A DNA stretch of 61,388 bases, counting the filler. It is 13 parts of 13 records of this genome, joined end to end, with 100 filler letters (N's around TTAATTAATTAA, not from the genome) between each part and the next. Parts side by side here need not be neighbours in the genome. Positions count along the whole stretch, not along the records: positions 10,697 to 14,536 come from SRR7504441_11253; positions 14,637 to 18,577 come from SRR7504441_11265; positions 18,678 to 25,797 come from SRR7504441_11270; 10 more parts are not named here. One strand, 5' to 3'. A model generated the notes under the pieces. That model was not told where the DNA came from, did not search any database, and saw only the letters and a list, made by a program, of their open reading frames with translations. Positions 11,719 through 22,281 of the stretch are shown here, one piece after another; positions within the stretch are counted from its first letter, which is position 1, and each line of letters starts with the position of its first letter. The position numbers and the translations under genes were made by a program.

Positions 11719-13011
11719 ATGGCCGTCCTCGTCCTCCTCTCTCTGCTTGCGTGCGCCGCCTCGGGAACCGCGCCGCGGCCGCTCTCTCAATGCCTGGAGG
11801 CGGCCGACTCCCTTCTTGTGACAGGAGGAGGGATCTCCACCGACCAGCTGTGCGCCCAGTTCCTGGAATGGCAGCAGGCCGACCCTTCCCACCGGCTTGA
11901 CCCGGCCCTGGGCTCGTTCGGCACCCAGTTGGCCACCTTCGGCCAGTCGCTCGTCCAGGTCCAGGCCCAACAGCGCGCCAACCCACGGGCCATCTTCAGA
12001 CTCAACCGGTTTGCCCTCTGGCCGGCAAGCGTGCTCTTCCGGCCAAAGCAGGTCCCGGCGCCGTCGATGGACGGCAGCAGAGCCCCGGCCGGCTGGAGCG
12101 GACAGGCGCTGCCGCCCAAGTCTTACAAGAACGTGACCACGCCGATCAAGAATCAGGGCAACTGCGGCAGCTGCTGGGCGCACGCTGCGGTCGAGCAGGT
12201 GGAAACATACGCCCACATGAAGGCAGGGCCGACCGGGCCGCCGTTGGTTCCGCTCTCAGTGCAGCAGCTGGTCTCCTGCGACCTTGCAAGCGGCGACCAG
12301 AACTGCAACGGGGGTCACGTGTCTGGAGGGCTCAAGTATGCCGGCAAGTCCGGGCTGATGAAGGAAGCGGACTACCCGTACACTAGCGGTGGGATGTCCT
12401 GCGGGTTTTTTGGGGTAATGGGCTCGCACTCATTCTGTGTGCAAGGCTCTGACCGGTGCTTGTCTGTTCCTAATCATTGCCCGGCTTCGGCCAGCGAGTC
12501 TTTGTCTGTTGGTTTGGAGTCTTCGAGCTGTGTGGACGGGCAATGCTCACTCGACCACTATGGCTGCTGTCTCACCGAGTTGGAGCAAGACTCGAGCTCG
12601 GAGAACCAAATCCTGAACGCGAGCGGATGGCAGGCAGAAGATAACACCGGCAAGATGTGCCATTATGATGCGGGCAAGGCAGCAAAGATGAATTCCGGGG
12701 CTAGTTCGGTCCATCCAGGGGCGGACAACATGCTGTACCACCTGGCCACTGTCGGACCTCTCGGGATCTCGTTGGCCGCCCAGAGCTTGACCTTCTATCA
12801 CTCGGGAGTCATATCGCATTGCGGGATCATTCATGCGCCTACAGGGGTCGACCACGACGTGCAGCTGATAGGGTACAACGTTCAAGAGAACTATTGGCAA
12901 ATCAGGAATAGCTGGGGCACATGGTGGGGCGAGGACGGGTATTTCAGACTCGAGCGTGGCGTCAACCTGTGCAATTCAGAGAACTACACCTCCAGCTGGT
13001 TCCCCAACTGA
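11719..13011 (+). CDS. Secreted papain-family (C1A) cysteine protease
   Basis: Signal peptide; IKNQGNCGSCWA (catalytic Cys), DHDVQLIGY (His), YWQIRNSWGTWWGEDGY (Asn); intronless. Confidence 0.92.
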   Translation: MAVLVLLSLLACAASGTAPRPLSQCLEAADSLLVTGGGISTDQLCAQFLEWQQADPSHRLDPALGSFGTQLATFGQSLVQVQAQQRANPRAIFRLNRFALWPASVLFRPKQVPAPSMDGSRAPAGWSGQALPPKSYKNVTTPIKNQGNCGSCWAHAAVEQVETYAHMKAGPTGPPLVPLSVQQLVSCDLASGDQNCNGGHVSGGLKYAGKSGLMKEADYPYTSGGMSCGFFGVMGSHSFCVQGSDRCLSVPNHCPASASESLSVGLESSSCVDGQCSLDHYGCCLTELEQDSSSENQILNASGWQAEDNTGKMCHYDAGKAAKMNSGASSVHPGADNMLYHLATVGPLGISLAAQSLTFYHSGVISHCGIIHAPTGVDHDVQLIGYNVQENYWQIRNSWGTWWGEDGYFRLERGVNLCNSENYTSSWFPN

Positions 13012-13112
13012 ACTCAGGCTCTCGCAAAAGGCTAGTTGTATGTCTCTTAGACCAATTGAACCAACAAACTATTAACAAACTATTAACAAAAGTTCTATTC
13101 ATCCTTTGTATC

Positions 13113-14352
13113 CTACTCTGCGTGCAAGCTCTCCTCCTCCCCGAAGGGCTCATGTTGCTCAGCCCGCCCAGACTCCAGCGGCTCACCCAGGATTGCCTGC
13201 ATCAGCGCGGCGGCCATCTTCCTCCCCCCGGAAGGGCTCGGCTCCACCCTTTGCAAGTAGTCAGTTGGGTTCTTTCCTGTCCCTGCACATCCACACAACT
13301 GAAACGGCCTGCTAGCCGCACCGTCAAGCACGACGTACAGCGGGAACGGCACAACTTCTGTCCCGTCGATCTGGATCCGCTTTGTGCCGAGCTCGTACAC
13401 CTGCGAATTGGTGCCTTTACGGATTGCCCCTCGGGCTTGGGGTACTTTACGAATAGCTGCTTGCAGCTTCCCAGGCCAGCACTGGTAGCCCAGGCAGAAT
13501 AGCGCCTGCGGGGTGGCCTCAGAGGGCCAGCGGGGCGAGCACCGGGTCGGCCCACGAGCCTTGGGCGCCGGATTCCTCCAGGAAGTAGATCATGCATATC
13601 ACGACCTTCTTTGGCTTGGTCTTTGCCACCAGCCGCTGCACGTAGTGCTGCACACGGTTCTTGAACAGATCCACAAAGTAGCCCAGGCCCAGCGGCCAGC
13701 CGCACAGCCCGGCGACGCACCCCGGCAGTCCACACTGCCCGGATTGAGGGAATGGCGGCCGGGCAGGATCGCACCATGCAGCAGCCGGGCTCCCCGATGC
13801 ATTGATAAAAGCTGAGAGGGCAGGCGCAGGCGCAGTGCTCGATGCAGCACTGGGGCATGCAGCAGAGCATGATGCTGATGTTGACGCATGTGCAGATCAC
13901 AGGGGCCAGCGCGATGTCATTGCCCCCAACAGAGACTACAAGTATATCCTCGGGGCTGATGTTGTCACGGATGAACTGATCCTGCTCCTCCAAGCAGCAG
14001 AACATTCTAGAATTGAGCGCGGTGGCCTCAACCGCCGTGTTGATGCAGCAGATCGGGGCTGCCCGCTCCTCGGCCTCTTTATTCAGCCAGTAGCACACGC
14101 TGTCCCTCCGTTCAGGTCTCGCGGCCCGGCCAGTCACTCTTGCTTCATCTGAGGCGGGCTCAGCAGCCGCTCGTATCCGTTACACGCAGCAGCCCGCTGG
14201 CTGAACCAGTACTTGTTGTCCAGCGACGAGTCGCCCGCCAGGAAGATCGCGGCCTTCCGGTCGCCCCGCATCGCCTCCAGCGCCACCTCCAGATGGGAGA
14301 TCGGATGCCCGTGGTACTGGCTGTAGTAGCTGCGCGCGTCGATCCGCGACAT
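13113..14352 (-). CDS. SGNH/GDSL-hydrolase-like protein (multi-exon)
   Basis: IFLAGDSSLDN (block I) and VVSVGGND (block III); ORFs 14134-14352, 13202-14137 and 13113-13400 join through 37-45 nt GT-AG introns. Confidence 0.6.
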
Positions 14353-14636
14353 GGCCGCCTCCGACAGCCGGCCCTGGTAGAACCGCGCCCGCGGCTGCCC
14401 GCCCGGTGGGGCCTCCGTACCTGGTACTTCTCGCGCTGAGTGGACCTCTCCGGAGCTCGGTGGGCCGGTGCTGTTGTTGCAGCGAGTCTTCCGTTATCCG
14501 GCCAGTCGGCAGGGCGAGAGCGGGGAACGGAGCAACNNNNNNNNNNNNNNNNNNNNNNNNNNNNNNNNNNNNNNNNNNNNTTAATTAATTAANNNNNNNN
14601 NNNNNNNNNNNNNNNNNNNNNNNNNNNNNNNNNNNN

Positions 14637-15295
14637 TCCTCCTCGTCCGTCCACGGTACTCTCGCTCGCACGACCTGTGGACCCGGCTTGGGCCCCGGCT
14701 TGGGCTGCCGCTCGGTTGCGCTCCCTTTCAAGATGCCAGCCGCGAGCTCGGCGATCTCTGGGTTGGAATCTTGCAAGCAGTGGAGGACCACCATTTTGGC
14801 CGAGTCAAAAAAGTCGACGCGGTTGACGAACCCGGCCCCGCGGCACACCCCGGGCGGCAGGTAGTAGTGGTCACCCGGCCGGTTGCCGGTCTCCAGCTTC
14901 CAGCCAGATTTCCGGAGCGCCGGCCAGAGTGCAGTCTCGAACTGCTGCTTGAGGTGGTTCTGGTTGGGAAACCGGGCCTGGCCGAAGCCGGTGCAGATGG
15001 CTCGGAGCCGTTTGGCCATCAAGTTGATCTCGCAGCCGGCCGCCCCGGTGTTGTATTTGGCGCAGTTGGCCCAGATGCTCATGAGTTCGCGCCAGAACTC
15101 TTCAAAATGCCCGTACCGGCCCGATCGGGCCCGCTGCTCCACCAGCTCCAGGTGCATCGGGCGCGCCACCACGCTGGTGTAGTCTGGGAACAGGGCGAGG
15201 TCGACCGGCTCCTCGAAAGGCCCGGCGGTCACCACGGGGGCGCCCTCGGCGCCGATCATCCGATCGGCCCGGAGCTGGGCGAGCAGGTCGAGCAT
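14637..15295 (-). CDS. Bromodomain protein, 3'-truncated, probably running into a Myb/SANT repeat
   Basis: PFEEPVD..FPDYTSVVARPMHL..RYGHFEEF..IWANCAKYN bromodomain; ends RVPWTDEE at the gap. Start could be 15361. Confidence 0.8.
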
Positions 15296-15441
15296 GGGCG
15301 ATTGGGCCGCCGGGCCCGATAGTGTGCTCAGCGGCGCCACCCCCGTCCAGCAGCCGCTCATCAGATCTGCAGCGCACGGCTGTGACCTCGCTCCATCACA
15401 CGGACAGACACTGACTGGCCAATCGCTCGAGACAAGGGCTG

Positions 15442-18372
15442 ATGGCGGCGCTGGTGGACGGGCCGACGGCCCTCGCCCGGCTGGAGGCCGTCTGGGCCAG
15501 CCAGCAGCCAGACCGGGCGGGCACTCTCAGCACGGAGGCGGTGCTGGCCATCTTTCGGCGCGCTCCAGCCGGCGCTCCAGCCGGCCAGGAGTCGGACCTC
15601 TGGCGCAAATGCCACCGGATGGTGGCCGCTTACGACAAGACCGGGACCGACCGGCTGCGCTTCGCTCAGTTTGTGGATGCTGTGCATCTCGGGGGGTTCT
15701 GGGCTCTACTCGGGCTGCATATGGCCCCAGATGCAGCCGAGGCGGTGAGGCAGCTGGTTCGGGCACAGCGTGCGATGCCAGTGGAGCACCGGGGCAGCAC
15801 GATGGAGCAGCTGGAGACGATGCTGGCGCAGGCGTGTGCGCGGTGCGAGAGCAAGCGCTGGGTGGCCACTGGCGGGCCAGCGCAAGGCCAGCCGATCACG
15901 GACGGGAGGTTTAACTTGTATGACCTGTGCCACTACTTTATCAGGCCGGTCACCGAACGCGACCAGTGCTCGTACGTTGAGCTAGTGGCCAGCCGTTGGC
16001 AGACTCCAGTGTGGTTCTGCTCGCATTGGTGGGGCGAGTGCTGCATAGACTTCGTAGACACGCTCTCTCAGCACAGCTCCGACCACGCGCTGTGCCGCAA
16101 TACGGCCCCGTACTGGATCTGCGCGTGAGTGTTCACTTGCCTAACCCTAGAGTTAATTAGAGTTAATGGCCAGCGCGAGCGGTTTCAGAGCTGATAGATG
16201 GTGTTTGGTTTCAGGTATGCTAACAACCAGCATCAGCTAGCGGAGGCTGTCACAGACGATCCGGCTGAGAGCTCGTTCTCCAAAGCACTCGCTCTGTCTC
16301 AAGGGGTTGTATCCGTGCTCGATCAGCAGGCAGTGTGCTTCTCAAGGATCTGGTGCTGCTTCGAGATCAGCATTGCACTCGGAACAGACCGTCATGACCT
16401 TAAATATGAAATCTATGTAGCGCACCAGCACAAGACACAGGACGGGTTTCTGATCGCACCGACGAGCGGCACTGGGCAGCAACGCAGAGCTGTGGGGATC
16501 ACGTACGGCTTTTGCGAGTCTGACCTACAGCAAGGTTCGCTGAGTAGTGCGGCAAAGGTAGAGCGGGAGTCGCACTTCCCATCTACGGTGCTTGAGAAAG
16601 GAATGAGCCTGCAACTGGAGCATGGGCAAGCATCGTGGGAGCAGGATAGGACACGTATCCTGAACAGCATCGTTGGCAACCAGCTGACGGCTGACCCACC
16701 GGCCAGCCACCCTGCGTTGGACAATCTGAACGCGAGGCTCCGGGCAAGATTCGCAGCCTCAATGCTGCGGAGCGCTGTGCTGCGGGGGGGGGGGGCCTCT
16801 ACCAAACAGTGCTGTCCACGCTCGGTTCAGGCCAACTCAAGGTTCTCCATGTCGACTTTGGAGGGGTGGCCCAATTCAATATGCAGCTGGCAGCTGAGCT
16901 ATTTGACGCAGTCGGGCAGGATCTCGAGCAGCTCACGCTCACTCGCACCAACCTTGCACACTTGCCCGTTAGTCCCGGAAGCTTTGGCGGCTTGCGCGCC
17001 TTAGACCTCACTGGAAACCGGCTGCTCGAGATGTTGCCAGACACGCTGCCCAGTCTGGCTAAGCTCAACGTCATGGGGTGTGACAAGTTAAGCTGTGACA
17101 GTGAGGGTAAACTGATCCATCCTTATGGTGCTGGGTGTGTGATTGAGGGCCCGGCCAAATCCGAAGCGCCTGCCTGCCCGGCGATGCCCGCTGCCCAGGA
17201 GGCAGCTACCCCTACTGGAGAGAGTGATGTAGATCTACTCGGATTTCCACTCATGGAAGGGCAGACAGTGCATGCCGCTCCTATTTCGTTGGATGAATGG
17301 GCTCCTGAGGCTGCGACGGCGGCCAGCAACGCGGAGCTGTGCAAGCTGTGTAGAGACATTGGGGTGCGAACCAAATGGATTGTGAGATTGAGCTGTGCAC
17401 TGGCAGGTGCCTCACGCGCTGCGGGCTCAAGTGTGGCTCCGGCTTGTTACTGAAGGCAGTTTGGCGACTCAAACGGCAGACGAGCTGTTTGATGAGTACC
17501 ACACTGCATTGGCCAGTGACACTCCGAACGATCACATAGCTGAAATCATCAACAGAGACTGCGGAAGAACCTTCCCTCAAGTTCTGACCGAGCCAGATTT
17601 GCAGATTTTGAGAGATGTTTTGATCGCGTTCAGCAAACACAACACTAAGGTAGTTAGTCGCAGCTCGGACCAGCTCAGGCGCTTTGTAGGTAGGATACTG
17701 TCAGGGGATGAATTTCATCGCAGGGCTGGTTGTTCTAGTCTGTCGCCAACCGCAAATCTGCTACGCCGTCTTCAAGCATATTATAGAGAAGACTGCCCCC
17801 GGGTGAAAGCTCTGTTGCCTCTGGTGGTTTTACAGGAGAGTGTATTGATAGGTATTTCGAACCAGGGATGCCAGGGCTTCACGATGATTTTGATCCGATT
17901 GCTTTCGCGGTGTCGGCACGCTCATGCTATAAATAAGCAAAGCGGGCAGATCAAAGGAGAGTGCGCTGCTCTGGTGCAGTGCCTGGAAGAGATGATTGGG
18001 ATTGAGAGCTTCGTCCAAATGACTGTGTCTAGTTGGCTGATGACACTCATGTCCTGCCAACTGCCGAGTGAGACTACACTTCGATTGTGGGACGCAATGC
18101 TTGTCGATGGCAAGAGTATTGTGATTGGTGAGCGGCCGCTCTTTCTAGCCAGTTGATCACGATTGACTTATGATTTGATTGGCACAGCTGCAGCGGTGGC
18201 GCTTATTGGGCGTGCTGAACAAGAGCTTATGGAGTGCGACGACTTTGAAATGCTGATGCAGACAACTCGACACATGCTCCAGAAGGATAATGCTAACGAC
18301 GCAAAAACTTTAATTTGTGAAGCATACCAAGTAATTGAGCGATATTGTATTCCTACAGTTCCGTTAGTTTGA
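15442..18372 (+). CDS. Multidomain protein: EF-hand-like, unnamed SHWW/RIWCxFE domain, LRR, C-terminal TBC (Rab-GAP) domain
   Basis: FCSHWWGE, YWICA|YANNQH, CFSRIWCCFEI; LRR LEQLTLTRTNL..LRALDLTGNRLL; TBC motifs CRDIG|VPHALRAQVW, IINRDCGRTFP, K|VGYCQGMNF (intron 17650-17689), LRLWD. Needs a frame change at the G12 run 16784-16795; could be two genes. Confidence 0.6.
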
Positions 18373-18677
18373 ACGGGTGCACGCATCCATTCAATATTGA
18401 TACATGATAGATACGACACCTGCAGGCGCCCTTGCAATATTATAAAATTGACTGTATTATTCTCATTCAATTATTAATCCATTACTAATCGATATCCATG
18501 GTTTCAACGATTTATACTCGTATAATTGGGGTGGCTGTGGCCACTTCAGGAAAGCGGTCAATTCTTATGGCCACATTNNNNNNNNNNNNNNNNNNNNNNN
18601 NNNNNNNNNNNNNNNNNNNNNTTAATTAATTAANNNNNNNNNNNNNNNNNNNNNNNNNNNNNNNNNNNNNNNNNNNN

Positions 18678-19501
18678 TCTGCTCGGCTCATGTTGGGCAA
18701 CTGATGATGCGGCGCGTAGCATTGCTCGCACTCCTCTCCGGGGGTAGTCCTCCAGGTGCAGACTGTGCCGACCAGCCCCGACCCACCGAGCTCCAGGCGG
18801 GACCCTTGGAACACCGGATCCCATTCATCCGCAAGCACAAACACGTCGCCGCGCTTAACACTCAAAGGATCAGTGTGAGTACGGCTGCGCAGCACCCCTC
18901 GCAGCCCAGGCGAGCTGAACACTGCCGCCCGCCCCCGCCTGGCCGCAGCTACCAGCACAGCCAGGCCGGCGCCCAGCGAGTGCCCGGTGTATAGCAAATC
19001 TAGCCCGGGGAGCGCGGCGCGCACGCGGGCCTCCAACTGCAGCGCAGCCCCAAGGTAGTCGAGCGTGCGGTTGGAGAACCGGTCACAATAGGCAGGGAGT
19101 GGCTGGGCTGGGCCCCAGAGTAACCGATCCGCACACATGTCCGCCTGGCCCGACGGGCGCGTACGATTCAGGTCGGTCCCTCGGAAGGCCACGACCGCCC
19201 GCCGGCTGGCAGGCTGGGCGAACACCAACGCGCGCATGCCGCCGCCGGGCGGGTCGTGCTTCAACTCGGCGAGTCGGGTCCAGCCGTCGGGGGCGCTGTG
19301 CTGGTCTGAGCTGTTCCAGTAGCTGCTCCCCCGGGTGGAGGTGTAGCTGAGCTTTGTCATCTGAGCCAGCGGCGAAACCGCCCGGGTGAACGCGCCGGTC
19401 GAACAGTTGGCCAGCAGCGGCAGCCCCGACCACCCATTGTCTGACACGGCAAGCCCGGACGCCCCGACAAGCAGGAGCGCGCAGACCACCACAGTGCGCA
19501 T
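18678..19501 (-). CDS. Secreted class 3 lipase (alpha/beta hydrolase), 3'-truncated
   Basis: Signal MRTVVVCALLLVGASG; VVAFRGT and LLYTGHSLGAGLA nucleophile motif. Confidence 0.85.
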
Positions 19502-19633
19502 CCCGGCTATTGTAACGGACTTTTGCTGGAACATTTCGTCGGGGCGGCTTCGGACACTCGCGCGTCTTCCGGGATCGGCAAGGCCATTGACCCCGGAGCG
19601 GGATCTGGCACTGCAGCTGCAACGGGTGGAGGC

Positions 19634-22048
19634 ATGTGGATGATCGTCGTGCTGGCTGCTGCAGCTCCATACAGCAGCGAGGCTTCCCCGCCGGCCAAGG
19701 GCTGCCGATCGGACACCGACTGCAGCCTGAACGGGGTCTGCCAAGGCCGGCGATGCGTGTGCGATCCGGGCTGGAGCGGCGACCGGTGCGAGCGGCTGGT
19801 GCTCGAGGGACATGGCCGACTGGCCTACGGTGACCCCGACGGCCAGAGCACCAACATCACCGCCTGGGGCGGCGGCCCGCCGGTGTTCGATCCAGCCCAG
19901 CGCAACTGGGTGCTCTTCGTTACTGAGATCGGGTTGCACTGCGGCCTGTCCGAGTGGGGCCACCAGTCGACCGTGGTGTCGGCCACCGCCGACAGTCCGG
20001 CCGGCCCGTTCCAGCGGCGCGCGGGAGTGGCGATCCCTATGCAGGCTCACAACCCGTACTACGCCTACGACCCCAGCAGCCGGCTTCACGTGCTGTTCCA
20101 TATCGGGGACGGCCGGGGCCCCACCTCGCCCCCGGTCCATTGTCGGAACGGAACCACCCCAAACGTCAGCTGGCTCGCCAAGCAGGCCGCCTTCACCGGC
20201 TGCCCGTGCGCGTGCGGCCCGTGCGGTAGCTGGGTGCACGTGTCAGCGAGCCTGGGTGGCCCGTTTAAGCGGGTGAACGTGTCTATGCCGGAAGGGTTTG
20301 TGCTGGACAATCCAGCGCCGTACATCTTCCCTAACGGCACGGTGCTCGTGCTCTCCCGAAGAATCAACTGGTGCGCCGCCTCGCACACCTGCAACAAACC
20401 GACTTCACTCACTGACATTTGGTTGTTCCGCGCCGCTTCGTTCCGGGGTCCCTACGAGCTGGTGCACTCGGCGCCCATCACAGGCACTGCGTTTGTCGAG
20501 GACCCGTGCATATGGCGCGATCGCCGCGGGCACTTCCACGCGCTGTTTCACGGCCCAGGTCACGCGTTTTCTCGGGACGGGCTGCACTGGGAGTATGATA
20601 CTTCGGGGAGCGGGCCCAGCTCTGGGCCGTTCAACGCAAGCCTGCAGCATGATAACGGCACTGTGCAGTACCTGCTGGATGCGGAGAGGCCGCGAGTTTG
20701 GGTGAATCAGACATCTGGGCTGCCCGAGCTGCTGTTTTTGGCCAGTGGGGGCGCCAACCAGCCAACGCATCAGAATATCCGAGGATTCAACGTCAGACAG
20801 AGAATAAGGACATCGGTCGTCGCAGTTGCGGATTCAGATAGGTCAGCGTGTGCTACAGACTCGGACTGCGAGCTATTGGGCGAATGCGTGGAGGGCAAGT
20901 GTGTGTGCGATCTTGGCTGGACTGGGGCGACATGCTCCACTCTCAAGCAGGGCGACTCCAGCCTGGTCTGGCCTCGCGATGAGGAGAGTTATAGCTGGGG
21001 CGCCTCGCTCATTCGTACAGACGGAGAAGTGCACATGTTCAATGACGTCGGGTGCCTGAAAGACACCTGCGCGCACACGGTTGGTGCATCGATCGTCCAC
21101 TCTGTGAGTCACAATGGCATACTTGGGCCGTATGAGCTGCGGGAGACCGCTATCCCCGGCGAAGTGGAGAACATTCACGCCGTAATGAGCCCCAACGGCA
21201 CCGCCTTGCTTTTTTACGGCGACCACGAGTTTGTCTGGCCCAACAAGTCGTGCACAGGAGGCGGCAGTCGTACTCAGTGTGGCAATGCCTCTTGCCTGAG
21301 CAGCGAGCGCTGCTGTTCATCGTGTCCGCCGTATTGCAATCCTCCCAGGGATTTCTGCATCCCCAGGACACAGCCCTGCCCAATGGATGAGCAGCCGCCT
21401 AAGCTGCACGTCGGCAACAACCCTTACCCTCGTTCTGTCAAGCGGATGGGAATCGCTTACCGGCAGGGCCTTTCAGGTCTGGGTGGTTGGAAGCATCACT
21501 TCCCAGAGTACGACAAATCGATGGAGCCGTACTTGCCTGTAGTGAATCCGTCACCCCTGGTGCTCCCCAATGGTACCGTGCTCCTTGCCTTCCGTTACAA
21601 TCCTGCAAAAATGGTCGGCGAGACAAATGCGCTGGCGGTGGCTGATTCGTGGGAAGGCCCGTACAGGCTGGTGACGGCGAATGCCACGCCGGGCGATGAT
21701 CCTGGCCACTCTGGCGGAGGGATGCTGGATTGCGAGGACCCTTTCTTGTTTTTAAACAAGAGAGGATTGCATATGGTGTTCCATTGCTACCGCGGACTGA
21801 AGACCGGCTGCCACTCGTATTCAGCCGACGGCCGCAACTGGACAGTGTCGCCCCATCCCGTCTATGATACGACGATACACTGGGACAACGGTACGACGCA
21901 CCAGTATATGTACCGTGAGAGGCCAGAATTGGTTTTCAACAAAGCTGGTGTGCCATTGTTTCTGCTCACAGGTGTTGAATGGGGTGACAAGAGTCATGGA
22001 TTCGGAGGTTGTGGCTCGTATTCGGCTGCCACCGCGATCCTCGCTTGA
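19634..22048 (+). CDS. Secreted protein with two tandem [EGF-like + five-bladed beta-propeller glycosidase-like (GH43/clan F-J fold)] modules
   Basis: CxxDxDCSLNGVC..CVCDPGWSGDRC and CATDSDCELLGEC..CVCDLGWTGATC EGF units, each followed by WGG/WGA, NP, EDP, HxxSxDG and ERP motifs; intronless. Confidence 0.7.
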   Translation: MWMIVVLAAAAPYSSEASPPAKGCRSDTDCSLNGVCQGRRCVCDPGWSGDRCERLVLEGHGRLAYGDPDGQSTNITAWGGGPPVFDPAQRNWVLFVTEIGLHCGLSEWGHQSTVVSATADSPAGPFQRRAGVAIPMQAHNPYYAYDPSSRLHVLFHIGDGRGPTSPPVHCRNGTTPNVSWLAKQAAFTGCPCACGPCGSWVHVSASLGGPFKRVNVSMPEGFVLDNPAPYIFPNGTVLVLSRRINWCAASHTCNKPTSLTDIWLFRAASFRGPYELVHSAPITGTAFVEDPCIWRDRRGHFHALFHGPGHAFSRDGLHWEYDTSGSGPSSGPFNASLQHDNGTVQYLLDAERPRVWVNQTSGLPELLFLASGGANQPTHQNIRGFNVRQRIRTSVVAVADSDRSACATDSDCELLGECVEGKCVCDLGWTGATCSTLKQGDSSLVWPRDEESYSWGASLIRTDGEVHMFNDVGCLKDTCAHTVGASIVHSVSHNGILGPYELRETAIPGEVENIHAVMSPNGTALLFYGDHEFVWPNKSCTGGGSRTQCGNASCLSSERCCSSCPPYCNPPRDFCIPRTQPCPMDEQPPKLHVGNNPYPRSVKRMGIAYRQGLSGLGGWKHHFPEYDKSMEPYLPVVNPSPLVLPNGTVLLAFRYNPAKMVGETNALAVADSWEGPYRLVTANATPGDDPGHSGGGMLDCEDPFLFLNKRGLHMVFHCYRGLKTGCHSYSADGRNWTVSPHPVYDTTIHWDNGTTHQYMYRERPELVFNKAGVPLFLLTGVEWGDKSHGFGGCGSYSAATAILA

Positions 22049-22281
22049 TGCCGTGCATTAGCCGTGCATGTATACTATTATACTCGTATCTAGTGACCAG
22101 GCTGATCCATAGCTGATCCACGACCGTCGTACATGCACTCAATAAATGCTAGATATAATTATTATAGATAATACATAACGCTACTTGTACCAAACTTCTC
22201 GGTCCGCACATGCAACATTGCGATTTGCATTGAATTGACACATTCGCGCAGCATTGAGATGTGCGGAAGCCCAACTCAAGA

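Noticed and set aside
16140-16150. CCTAACCCTAG telomere-like word in an intron
   Set aside because: Under two repeat units; chance level.
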